Source of the DNA: a virus
IMG/VR virus record: IMGVR_UViG_3300036770_006530
Coordinates: 1-51,677 of that record
Reading direction: 5' to 3' (one strand)
Length of the DNA: 51,677 nucleotides
Positions 36,388 to 44,572 of the stretch are shown here, piece by piece. A program made the position numbers and the translations under genes. The notes below the pieces were generated by a model that was not told where the DNA came from, did not search any database, and saw only the letters and a program-made list of their open reading frames with translations. Each line of letters opens with the position of its first letter. Position 1 is the stretch's first letter.

Positions 36388-37398
36388 ATGACTTCCATTT
36401 TCCTGGCCCTCTTCAACACGGACACGACCGGAAAGCCCATTGAGGTGGCCGCACCCGGTTACACGCGCCAACCTGTGACACTGATTCCTTCAAGACAGCA
36501 TGAAGGTGTTTACACCAACAGAGACGGAGTGGATTTTGCCATCCCAAGGGAAGGATGGGGCATCATTACGAGTGCCGGCATCATGTCGGCGAGCGGTGAA
36601 GCTTTGGTTATTGCTGAGCTTACAACACCTCGGGACACAAAGCTGGCGGCGGTACCCGACAACTATAAGCTTGGGGATGCATCATTTCTGTCATTCCGCC
36701 CCGGGGGCCTTGTGGTGCCTGCCGAGCGCGTTTCTGAGATGTTCAGCACAACCGTGGCACTCGCAACCATGACTGGCAGCACCCTCCCCAACGCCGACCT
36801 GATCGAAAAACTGTGCCAGAACCTCGCTGTCCAGACCGTCAGCAACGCCATCGCACTTCAGTCCATGGTGGGCGGAACCGACCCTGACTTGCAGAAAGCT
36901 GTGGATGAAGCGCCGACCCTGATTAAGGCGGCCGGTCACGACATGGATGCGCTGTTCCCTGTCGACGATCGGCCCACGGCGATCTTCCCCGACGATGCTG
37001 ATGCCCCACCATCGCCCGCCACGCCTATTTTGGAGCTGCAGCCCACCACCCTGATCACGACGGCCAACGACGAACAGATGGCCGCCGTATTCTACTGGAT
37101 GGATGAGGATAACAGTGCAGCGGACATGCACATGCTGGCCGCCGCCCATGGGTTCCGCCTCCAGTATCTTGAGATATCAGACGATCCTAACGCGTCGGAG
37201 GAACTCTCAACCCGATACGATAACGGCGAAAATGTGCTGGCCGACTGGAACCCAACCCCACCAACCCCCGACCACAAGCTGGCATACAAGTGCGACAGCG
37301 AAAATGGCCCCTTCGCATGGTTCATCGCCCCGCTGTCCCGCACTGACCGCGACGCCATCCGGCAAGGCTTCGTGAAGGCGTTGAAGGTGGAGGGCTGA
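36388..37398 (+). CDS. Hypothetical protein; the N-terminal 100 aa resemble the virion-module protein at 48923..49315
   Basis: GGAGG SD. Shared pattern LAL..T....EV...GY.RQ.V......N..V.F....WG.IT...I. Confidence 0.5.
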   Translation: MTSIFLALFNTDTTGKPIEVAAPGYTRQPVTLIPSRQHEGVYTNRDGVDFAIPREGWGIITSAGIMSASGEALVIAELTTPRDTKLAAVPDNYKLGDASFLSFRPGGLVVPAERVSEMFSTTVALATMTGSTLPNADLIEKLCQNLAVQTVSNAIALQSMVGGTDPDLQKAVDEAPTLIKAAGHDMDALFPVDDRPTAIFPDDADAPPSPATPILELQPTTLITTANDEQMAAVFYWMDEDNSAADMHMLAAAHGFRLQYLEISDDPNASEELSTRYDNGENVLADWNPTPPTPDHKLAYKCDSENGPFAWFIAPLSRTDRDAIRQGFVKALKVEG

Positions 37399-37401
37399 TC
37401 C

Positions 37402-38067
37402 ATGGAACCGACCCCCGCCGATTGGCAGCCTATCGAAACGGCCCCCACCGCCTGGACGCGCGAACACAGCTTCGACCTGGATGGACGAACGATCACCATC
37501 CGCAATGGCCCCGTTATCAAGGTGAAGGGTCCATACGGACCCGAAATAGAAGGCGAAGCCATTGCCTGCTGGGCACAGCAGCAAGGCTTCAACCATGGCC
37601 AGGAGCCCCATTGGTGGAACCTGACCACCGAGGAACCCCTGGTTTTTCCGCCTACCCTTTGGCGCGCCCTGACACCGGGGGAGGAGGCGCAACTTGATCA
37701 TCTAGGCAACACAGATGCGCCCGCCGACGGTGCGTCGCCCCCTCCCCCGCCACCACTGCCGCCAGCCGTTAACTCCGAAATTCTGGAGGCCCGGAAGCAG
37801 GTCTTCGGATGGGCATGGCGCGCGCACGGCGGCAGCCTCGCGAAGTGGGCCGATCGCTGGGGCCGCATCATGTGGCTGTCTGGCCAGCCGGAGGGCACCG
37901 ACCCGGACGGCGTCATCACCGCCGATCTGGGCGATGGCTGGACCCTCAACCAGGATCTGGCCCTGGACTGGGACCTAAACCGCCCCTCCTACACCCGTCT
38001 CGCTGCATCCCTGATCCGCCAGATGGCGAAGGAAGCGGGATACGAGATCAAGGGAGAACCGATATGA
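37402..38067 (+). CDS. Hypothetical protein, DUF551-like N-terminus
   Basis: WQPIETAP...HWWNL...PTLWRAL pattern. Confidence 0.45.
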   Translation: MEPTPADWQPIETAPTAWTREHSFDLDGRTITIRNGPVIKVKGPYGPEIEGEAIACWAQQQGFNHGQEPHWWNLTTEEPLVFPPTLWRALTPGEEAQLDHLGNTDAPADGASPPPPPPLPPAVNSEILEARKQVFGWAWRAHGGSLAKWADRWGRIMWLSGQPEGTDPDGVITADLGDGWTLNQDLALDWDLNRPSYTRLAASLIRQMAKEAGYEIKGEPI

Positions 38068-38564
38068 CCGACCTTCCCAGCATAGCCCTGTCGGTGCGCC
38101 AGCCCTGGGCATGGGCCATCGTTGCCGGCCACAAGCCGGTAGAGAACCGCACGGCTGCTGCCATCCGCATGGGCTGCATGACCACAGGCCCCATCGCCAT
38201 CCACGCCGCGAAGGGCATGACCAGGGCAGAGTATGACGACGCAGCAGAATTCATGGCTATGGAAGGCATAGCGTGCCCGCGCCCGGATGAGTTGATTCGG
38301 GGGGCCATCATCGGCACGGCCATCGTGGTCGGTTTCGTCTCTGATTACCCCAGCCCCTGGTTCTTCGGCCCCCGCGCCTTGGCTCTGTCTGATGCCCGCA
38401 CGATCATCTCCCCCATCCCCGCCGCCGGCCAGCTGGGGTACTTCACATGGCAGGCAGGCGGGGCGCTGGCGGAACCGCTGCAATGGATGCGGTCATGGCC
38501 GGGCAAGGCGCAACGTGCGACCAAGCCAGAAGCGACCCTGTTTGATAAGGGGGAGTCACCATGA
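38064..38564 (+). CDS. ASCH-domain protein
   Basis: ATGA coupling. SVRQPWAWAIVAGHKPVENR is a typical ASCH N-terminus. Confidence 0.65.
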   Translation: MTDLPSIALSVRQPWAWAIVAGHKPVENRTAAAIRMGCMTTGPIAIHAAKGMTRAEYDDAAEFMAMEGIACPRPDELIRGAIIGTAIVVGFVSDYPSPWFFGPRALALSDARTIISPIPAAGQLGYFTWQAGGALAEPLQWMRSWPGKAQRATKPEATLFDKGESP

Positions 38565-39250
38565 AACGCGAACGCGGTTCGCGGACGGCGCTACCCGGAT
38601 GGCTGGCCGACGTGCCGGACACCTACTTGTCTCTCAATCGGGAGTTTCTATCCGACCTGATCCACGGGCAGATCGATATCACAGAGATCCCGATCCTCGG
38701 TCTGCACGCTCCCATGATGCTCAACGTGGCCAAGGCGCTTTTCGATGCTGCCACCGCCCAGGCAGAACAGCTGCCCTACCCCGGTCCCTGGACGCTGTAC
38801 GTCTATCATCTGGCGCACAACGATGCTGAGCGCGGCCCATGGGAAGAGCATGAAGGCCCAAGGGCCACGGAACCCGTCCCGACCTGGCTTGACCAGACGC
38901 TGAAAGACGTGGACAGGGCGGCCAACATCGCCAGCAACCGGAAGGAAGGGGTCCAGTTGCTGGCGGCCATGGGCTTCACCCGCGCTGAGGCCCGCAAATG
39001 GGGCGCACACTACAGCCGGGCGCGTGCGGCGGGGTGGGTGGCAGTAGGTCTTGTTCGGCGGGCCTTGCCGCCGGCCCCTGCGCTGGACTGGATCGACAAG
39101 TATCTGTCGGTCATCTTGGCCCTCGACCTCGACCTGTGGGGCGAAGATTACCCATGGAAGGTACCGCCCATCGATCCGGCGCTGATGTTCGAGGCCCGGC
39201 AAAAGGTCGCCCAGGCACGGGGCACGTTGGCCAGCGGCGGCAGAGCATAG
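38561..39250 (+). CDS. Hypothetical protein, last gene of the rightward operon
   Basis: 229 aa with a GGGGGAG SD. Confidence 0.5.
   Translation: MKRERGSRTALPGWLADVPDTYLSLNREFLSDLIHGQIDITEIPILGLHAPMMLNVAKALFDAATAQAEQLPYPGPWTLYVYHLAHNDAERGPWEEHEGPRATEPVPTWLDQTLKDVDRAANIASNRKEGVQLLAAMGFTRAEARKWGAHYSRARAAGWVAVGLVRRALPPAPALDWIDKYLSVILALDLDLWGEDYPWKVPPIDPALMFEARQKVAQARGTLASGGRA
38568..38582. repeat. Dispersed palindrome copy 11 (spacer GCG)
   Basis: Covers codons 3 to 8 of 38561..39250. Confidence 0.9.
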
Positions 39251-39265
39251 GCCCTGCCGCTTTCC

Positions 39266-39580
39266 TCAGCCCTTCAGGCCGAGGACTTGCTCCCGGTACA
39301 GCTTCCACGCAGCCTCGATGACGACACCCTGCGTGGTACCTAGGCGCGCCGCCTCTGCAGAGATCTCCGCCGACACATCTGGCAGCACCTTTGCGTGCAC
39401 CTGCCCCGTGCGCGGGCTCGCGGCCCGCCCCCGCTTGCCCGCCGGCACGCGGGCGACGAAGCCGCGCGCCTCCCCCACAGCGTCCAGCTCGCGTGCGACA
39501 GTGATCGGAATCTCGGGCCGCTCCACCTTCTTCAAGCCGCCCAGGTTCACGCCAAAGCCCTTCTTTACCCCTTCGGTCAT
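39266..39580 (-). CDS. Small centromere-binding partner of ParA (ParG/RHH-like)
   Basis: 104 aa with an ATGA overlap to parA. The C-terminal VLPDVSAEISAEAARLGTTQGVVIEAAWKLY is RHH-like. Confidence 0.55.
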   Translation of the reverse strand: MTEGVKKGFGVNLGGLKKVERPEIPITVARELDAVGEARGFVARVPAGKRGRAASPRTGQVHAKVLPDVSAEISAEAARLGTTQGVVIEAAWKLYREQVLGLKG

Positions 39581-40251
39581 CCCGCTCCCCCCGTCAGCCG
39601 GTTCACGATCTGCTGGGCAAACGCCTGAGCGTTTTCAATTGCCCGGTCCATATTACCACCCTGCCCTTCTGGCATGGTCCGCAGGTCACCGCCAAAGTTA
39701 AACAGTGCGGAGAAGCCAGCACGCTGCGCCAGCGACGGTTGGATAACATCCACACCTTGTTCGATCAGGCTGGCCTCGATCCCGCGATGTTCCTTGGATT
39801 GAATGGCGCTGGTCATTGTGAAGACGACGGCATGACGGATGGCCCGCCCCAACGTCTCCTCCTCCTCCTTGATCAACTCCAGCGCACGGCTGCCCACGGT
39901 GGCATCCAGCGTGGTGGCGCGCATGGGGATTATGACCAGATCGGCCCGCGCAATGGCCCGCGTCATGAGCCGGGAGGCTACCCCTTCCAGATCGACGATG
40001 ACGATCTTGCCGTCGCCATCAGCGTCCTTGAGTGCTTGGATGACATCATTCTCGGTCATGCCTTTGCTTGACACGCACCGGATACGAGGCGGCAAGGGGG
40101 CCTGGGAGGCCCAGAGAATGATGGACTGGTTGGGATCGCAATCAACCAGGGTCACATCCGCGCCGGCATGCGCCAGCTCGGTGGCCAGAACGACTGCCGA
40201 TGTGGACTTTCCAGCACCCCCTTTGGGGCTGGCGAACACGATGGTGGGCAT
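39577..40251 (-). CDS. parA: ParA/Soj-family partition ATPase (type Ib size)
   Basis: MPTIVFASPKGGAGKSTSAVVLA is a deviant Walker A. 224 aa. Confidence 0.85.
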   Translation of the reverse strand: MPTIVFASPKGGAGKSTSAVVLATELAHAGADVTLVDCDPNQSIILWASQAPLPPRIRCVSSKGMTENDVIQALKDADGDGKIVIVDLEGVASRLMTRAIARADLVIIPMRATTLDATVGSRALELIKEEEETLGRAIRHAVVFTMTSAIQSKEHRGIEASLIEQGVDVIQPSLAQRAGFSALFNFGGDLRTMPEGQGGNMDRAIENAQAFAQQIVNRLTGGAG

Positions 40252-40261
40252 GGAAGCACAT

Positions 40262-40442
40262 TTACCCGGTAATTTCGATTACCGGATAATTCATCATACC
40301 GGGTTAAGCTGTCAACCCGGTATGATGAATTACCGGATAATTTCCCTAATCCGGTTTGTTGACATATCGGGTAATAACTCTTATCCGGTACGTATGTTTA
40401 TCCGGTTATCGTACTTACCGGATAAACATACGTACCGGATAA
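40262..40442. repeat. Partition/operator region: at least 6 TACCGGATAA motifs, a 19-bp inverted repeat (40287..40305 / 40314..40332) and a perfect 25-bp inverted repeat (40381..40405 / 40418..40442)
   Basis: Arms verified as exact reverse complements. On the minus strand, TTGACA lies in the spacer of the first inverted repeat, upstream of parA. Confidence 0.65.
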
Positions 40443-40570
40443 AAACGGAGACACCAGCATGATGCCCCTCTCATAAACGCTCGATTCTCTCCACCAACAA
40501 GTGTGCGCGATCCCCCGAATCGAAGGCCGATCAATCTGCCGACAACCTAGCCCGACACAAAATCAATGGG

Positions 40571-40689
40571 TTCGGGGTATCGCGCACGGCGGCGCTTGAC
40601 TTCGGGGTATCGCGCACGTTTCATCTTCGGGGTATCGCGCACACTAGGCCTCGGGGTATCGCGCACACATCATTCGGGGGATCGCGCAC
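40571..40689 (+). repeat. Five direct iterons TCGGGGTATCGCGCAC upstream of repA (40571, 40601, 40626, 40650, 40673)
   Basis: Read directly from the sequence. The last iteron abuts the repA ATG. Confidence 0.9.
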
Positions 40690-41616
40690 ATGGGCGCCAT
40701 TAGCGAACAAGTTGACCTGTTCCTCGACAGCCTGATCAATGCGCCTGTCAAGGATGATCAGGCCCTGATGCAGTTTCCATTCTTCTCGCTGCAAAAGCAG
40801 CCGCGCATGGAACCAATGGTTTTCGAGCGCGACGGCATCGTTGTCAGGATCACCCCAGGCCCTAAGGGTATCGCCACCATCTGGGACAAGGACGTCCTGA
40901 TGTACCTGGCCAGCAGCATCAATGACCGCATCGAACGCAACCTCCCCGTTGACCGAACCGTCAGGTTCCACGCCTACGACCTTCTGCGGGTCACGCGTCG
41001 CGCCGGCAACCGCGCCTCCAAGAAGGATTATGAGGCACTGAAGGATGCACTGTTCCGGCTGCGCTCCACCACTATCGAAACGACCATCAAGTCGGCTGAT
41101 AGCCGCGAAGAACGTGGCTTCGGATGGATCGATAACTGGCGGATCGTGCGGCGCGACGCCAAGGCCGGGGAGGAGGAGGGGGCAATGGCAGCGGTTGAGG
41201 TCACCCTTAACGATTGGATGTTCCGTGCAATCGTCAGGGACCGCCGCGTCCTCACCATCAACCCCAACTACTTCAGCCTGACAAAGGGCCTGGAACGCCG
41301 CCTCTATGAATTGGCACGGAAGCATTGCGGGCACCAACGGCGGTGGGACATCTCGCTGGAAAAGCTGATTGAGAAGTGCGGTTCGACCCGCGAGTTACGG
41401 TTCTTCAAGCGCGACCTGAAGACCATCATCGAGATGGACACCTTGCCGGACTACTCGATCTCCATGTCGTTCGACCCGGCAGAGCGCAAAGAGGTTGAGG
41501 CAGCTGGCATGGATGGGCGGAGATGGTCCTCCAATGAACGGATCATTGTGTCGTTCCACCGCCGGGGCAAGGTCGGCACCGACTACATTGACCACGAGGC
41601 TGTGGACAGAATGTGA
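40690..41616 (+). CDS. repA: Plasmid replication initiator, RPA (replication initiator protein A) family
   Basis: 308 aa. LMQFPFFSLQKQPR is an N-terminal motif typical of alphaproteobacterial RPA-type initiators. Flanked by iterons. Confidence 0.8.
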   Translation: MGAISEQVDLFLDSLINAPVKDDQALMQFPFFSLQKQPRMEPMVFERDGIVVRITPGPKGIATIWDKDVLMYLASSINDRIERNLPVDRTVRFHAYDLLRVTRRAGNRASKKDYEALKDALFRLRSTTIETTIKSADSREERGFGWIDNWRIVRRDAKAGEEEGAMAAVEVTLNDWMFRAIVRDRRVLTINPNYFSLTKGLERRLYELARKHCGHQRRWDISLEKLIEKCGSTRELRFFKRDLKTIIEMDTLPDYSISMSFDPAERKEVEAAGMDGRRWSSNERIIVSFHRRGKVGTDYIDHEAVDRM

Positions 41617-41621
41617 ATTGC

Positions 41622-41728
41622 CTCGGGGTATCGCGCACGCACGCTCGGGGGATTGCGCACCGAAACACGGGGTATCGCGCACCCCGTGTTTCGGGGTATC
41701 GCGCACATAAGTTCGGGGGATTGCGCAC
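41622..41728 (+). repeat. Five more iterons downstream of repA (41622, 41643, 41666, 41690, 41711), two of the GGGGGATTGCGCAC variant, plus an 11-bp inverted repeat GAAACACGGGG/CCCCGTGTTTC
   Basis: Read directly from the sequence. Confidence 0.85.
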
Positions 41729-41777
41729 GGTATTTACGATCAACCACTTGATCCTACACAGAAAGCCCGGCGCGTAA

Positions 41778-41810
41778 CTTACTAACAATACTTACTAACT
41801 GACTTAACTT
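41778..41810 (+). repeat. AT-rich direct repeats CTTACTAAC x2 plus a variant; candidate unwinding element of the RepA origin
   Basis: 41778..41786 and 41791..41799 are exact copies. Adjacent to the downstream iterons. Confidence 0.45.
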
Positions 41811-41954
41811 GGTCTAACAGCAGCGGCTTAACACCGGGCACCGAACGCACTAGGAGAAAGAAGGGCATTCGGGCTGGCAGTTCGAAACAGCAGCCATCGG
41901 CTTAATTACCCCATGTAGCGATAGGACAGGCCAGGACCTTAGAAGGGGAGGGGA

Positions 41955-41969
41955 GCGAACCCCGTTCGC
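41955..41969. repeat. Dispersed palindrome copy 12 (spacer CCC)
   Basis: Intergenic, about 120 nt upstream of the resolvase ATG. Confidence 0.9.
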
Positions 41970-41997
41970 ACCTCATAACCCCAAAACCGTAGCATCA

Positions 41998-42083
41998 TTG
42001 GTGCAAAAGTTAGGAGTTTCGCACCAAACGCAAGCGACTGCCACAGAAGGGCTTTTTTGGTGCAAAAGTCCGGTGCATATTGG
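41998..42083 (+). promoter_or_regulatory. Candidate res/crossover sites: TTGGTGCAAAAGT direct repeat (41998, 42057); the first copy forms an imperfect inverted repeat TGGTGCAAAA-N8-TTTCGCACCA
   Basis: Read directly from the sequence, immediately upstream of the serine recombinase gene. Confidence 0.4.
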
Positions 42084-42088
42084 CCCGC

Positions 42089-42637
42089 ATGATTTACGGC
42101 TATGCACGCGTATCGACCGACGGACAAAGTGTGGAAGCGCAGGTGGAGGCGCTGACCGCAGCAGGTGCCGCCAAGGTCTACCGGGAGGTGGCCAGCGGGG
42201 CGAAAAGCGACCGCGCCCAGCTCCGCCGCGTCATCGATGCATTGGACCCCGACGATGTTCTGCTGGTGACGCGCTTGGATCGACTGGCCCGCACCACCCG
42301 CGATCTGTTGAACATCCTGGCAGAGGTGGCGGGGAAGGGGGCAGGCTTCCGGTCGCTGGCGGATGCATGGGCCGACACCACCACACCACATGGCCGCCTG
42401 ATGCTGACCTTCCTGGGCGGCCTGGCGGAGTTTGAACGCGAGCTGATCACCGCCCGCACCAGCGAGGGCAGGGCGCGCGCGAAGGCGAGAGGCGTTCACA
42501 TGGGGCGTAAGCCTAAGCTGACCCCGCATCAGATGCGGGAAGCACTCGCGCGCCGGCAGGCAGGGGAGGGGGTCAGGGAGATCGCTCTGTCTTACAATGT
42601 CAGCCACAGCACGATATCCAGGCTGAGACGCGAGTGA
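42089..42637 (+). CDS. Serine recombinase (resolvase/invertase family)
   Basis: MIYGYARVSTDGQSVEAQ catalytic N-terminus and a C-terminal HTH (IALSYNVSHSTISRL). Confidence 0.85.
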   Translation: MIYGYARVSTDGQSVEAQVEALTAAGAAKVYREVASGAKSDRAQLRRVIDALDPDDVLLVTRLDRLARTTRDLLNILAEVAGKGAGFRSLADAWADTTTPHGRLMLTFLGGLAEFERELITARTSEGRARAKARGVHMGRKPKLTPHQMREALARRQAGEGVREIALSYNVSHSTISRLRRE

Positions 42638-42979
42638 ATGGTGCCATTTCCGAACTAGGCGATAGCCAATCTGAATGTAAACATACCTCATATGCGCCAG
42701 AGGCATGTCTTTGTTTTCGCGTGGAGCCTGTATCAGTTATCTATGGCAGGCGAATCAAGGAGGTAAGGTCAACAGCGTGCATACGACCTAGATCCCAAGT
42801 TTCAACAGATTATTGAATAATTTCATTATGTTATGCGATTGACCAAACGACTCAGGCTTGACGGCTTCTTTAAATGTGAGATGTTGCGAGACCAGCCGCG
42901 ATCCTGCGGCTAGTAGCAGAGGCGTTAGACTCGCACAACACCTAGTGTGGAGCGGGTATTCTGTCTCTGTTTGTTGGGT

Positions 42980-43027
42980 GTCCTCCCCGGCGAAAGCTTG
43001 GCCGCAGAACCGGGGAGGACAATTTTC
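42980..43027 (+). terminator. Terminator-like hairpin GTCCTCCCCGG/CCGGGGAGGAC followed by AATTTTC
   Basis: Perfect 11-bp stem (42980..42990 / 43010..43020) in a visibly AT-richer island. Confidence 0.5.
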
Positions 43028-43045
43028 AAAGGCAAGGAGCTGCCC

Positions 43046-43135
43046 ATGAAAAACCAGAAAGAGTACGTGAAGTTGCTCACCACTTTCCTGCGGATCGTTC
43101 TGGAACTATGCAGGAAGAGTGACGGCTTCTGGTGA
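43046..43135 (+). CDS. 29-codon ORF with a consensus SD (MKNQKEYVKLLTTFLRIVLELCRKSDGFW)
   Basis: AAGGAG at 43034..43039, 6 nt before the ATG. Function unknown. Confidence 0.35.
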   Translation: MKNQKEYVKLLTTFLRIVLELCRKSDGFW

Positions 43136-43206
43136 AACCAGTCACGGCGACGCGCGCTGAATGCGTAACGCCTCTAATGACATACATAATCTGAGCCAAC
43201 TTGACA

Positions 43207-43240
43207 ACGTGCTTATGCGCGTTTTCGCGCATAAGCACGT
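43207..43240. terminator. Perfect 15-bp-stem hairpin ACGTGCTTATGCGCG-TTTT-CGCGCATAAGCACGT downstream of the SRAP operon
   Basis: Arms verified. A second palindrome, CTGACCAAGTTGGTCAG, lies at 43249..43265. Confidence 0.5.
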
Positions 43241-43291
43241 CTTTCAGACTGACCAAGTTGGTCAGGACGCTGAAGCGGCGCAGGCAACGCG

Positions 43292-43900
43292 CTAGACGTC
43301 GATGCATTCAACGTCTTCATCATCAACCGGCGTAGCGATAGCGGTCACGGCAGAGGCCGGCGCCGTCAACCAGTCCACCTGCGCCTGCCGGCCGATCAAG
43401 ATCACGGGCATCGCCTTTGGATGATACGGACGCACCACGCTGTTGGGCTCACAGGTCAGGAACGCGAACAGCTGATGCGGGCCCGGTATCGGTGCCTTCT
43501 TCGGCCCGCGCTCGCCATCCCATGAACGCCAGATGCCGGCGAACGCGGCGGGGCGGTCGTCCGATATGTGGAACCACACTTCACGCCTGGGCGCGGCACC
43601 AGGCGCGTACTCCGCGAAGGCGGAGAAGGGGACAAGGCACCGGTTCGCAGGCCCCAGGAAGGGCCGCCAGAAGGGGCTGGAGAGGTTGCGGACATTGGTC
43701 ACCAGGTCTGTTCGGCCCGGCGCTGGAGGGAAGCCCCAGCGCATTTCCGACACCGCCAACCGACCACCCTCGCCCCGCCGGATCACCAGCCCAGGGCGGT
43801 CGGGAAACACGTCGATCCGTGTCTCGCTGAACTCCTCAAAGCCATAAACTTCGAGTGCGAGGTTGGCCTTGGAGATCGGGCCACGGTAGTGATTACACAT
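43292..43900 (-). CDS. SOS-response-associated peptidase (SRAP/YedK family)
   Basis: The MCNHYRG N-terminus with catalytic Cys2 is diagnostic. 202 aa. Confidence 0.85.
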   Translation of the reverse strand: MCNHYRGPISKANLALEVYGFEEFSETRIDVFPDRPGLVIRRGEGGRLAVSEMRWGFPPAPGRTDLVTNVRNLSSPFWRPFLGPANRCLVPFSAFAEYAPGAAPRREVWFHISDDRPAAFAGIWRSWDGERGPKKAPIPGPHQLFAFLTCEPNSVVRPYHPKAMPVILIGRQAQVDWLTAPASAVTAIATPVDDEDVECIDV

Positions 43901-43902
43901 CG

Positions 43903-44148
43903 TCAGGTTCCCGTTCGCCGATCACTGTCCTTTGACATCGCCGCGAAGGCGGCCACTGCTGCATCCTGATCGCTCTGTCGAACAATGCGCGCCCGGTTCA
44001 TGACGCGATACAGATAAGTGGGGTTGGACGCGGCACAGGCCAGATACGCACCGAACACGACCGTGAACGTGGCATGCTCAACAACCGTTTCCGTTCCTCC
44101 TGCATGGTCACGTTCGACACGCCAGGGCATACAAAAAATCTCCGACAT
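43903..44148 (-). CDS. Small protein co-transcribed with SRAP; candidate SOS-induced effector/antirepressor
   Basis: 81 aa. Its stop is 2 nt before the SRAP ATG, and a LexA box lies about 20 nt upstream. An alternative start exists at 44130. Confidence 0.5.
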   Translation of the reverse strand: MSEIFCMPWRVERDHAGGTETVVEHATFTVVFGAYLACAASNPTYLYRVMNRARIVRQSDQDAAVAAFAAMSKDSDRRTGT

Positions 44149-44166
44149 AAGCGCCCCCAGTGGTTA

Positions 44167-44181
44167 GAACAAAATGAGAAC
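44167..44181. promoter_or_regulatory. Alphaproteobacterial-type LexA box GAAC-N7-GAAC, overlapping the palindrome GAGAACATGTTCTC (44176..44189)
   Basis: GAACAAAATGAGAAC read directly. It is the only such site I found in the window. Confidence 0.65.
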
Positions 44182-44224
44182 ATGTTCTCCGCAGGCAGCC
44201 ATGTCTAGTCCCACCCGTGAACGC

Positions 44225-44255
44225 AAAAAGGCCCGCCGGATGGTGCCGGCGGGCC
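44225..44255 (-). terminator. Intrinsic terminator ending the late/lysis transcript
   Basis: GGCCCGCCGG/CCGGCGGGCC 10-bp stem, followed on the minus strand by TTTTTGCG. Confidence 0.75.
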
Positions 44256-44556
44256 TGGATCGGGGTAGATCACCGCGTATTGCGACCGCAATACGGAGCG
44301 CCATTCGAGAGAATACGAGCGTCGCCAACACCTTAGCCGCAGCGGATAGCTGCATCAGGTGTGTTCAAACCCCACGCAATGCGCAATTTTCTTGCGACGT
44401 ATGGCAGGTGCATTTTCGTGCGTTAGCCGCGCCTCATTTTGCCCGTGTCGCCCCTGCCGGCACCCTCGCCGGCAGGGGTGAAATCGACCCCGAAAATGGC
44501 CGTCGCGATAGCGACGTATATACGCGCCCTTGGAACTTACGTTCGGGTCCGGGGTT

Positions 44557-44571
44557 GCGAACGCGGTTCGC
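44557..44571. repeat. Dispersed palindrome copy 13 (spacer GCG)
   Basis: 1 nt beyond the o-spanin stop. Confidence 0.9.
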
Positions 44572-44572
44572 A

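Noticed and set aside
41860-41900. tRNA-like T-arm (GGCAGTTCGAAAC)
   Set aside because: No acceptor, D or anticodon stems can be drawn around it.
41939-42706. 255-aa minus-strand ORF
   Set aside because: It is entirely antisense to the well-supported serine recombinase gene.
42809-42836. dif/XerCD-like site (ATTATTGAATA-ATTTCA-TTATGTTATGC)
   Set aside because: Only the TTATGTTA part resembles a XerD arm. The putative XerC arm lacks the CGCATAA core and the spacing is ambiguous. It is mentioned only as a lead under the FtsK-gamma finding.
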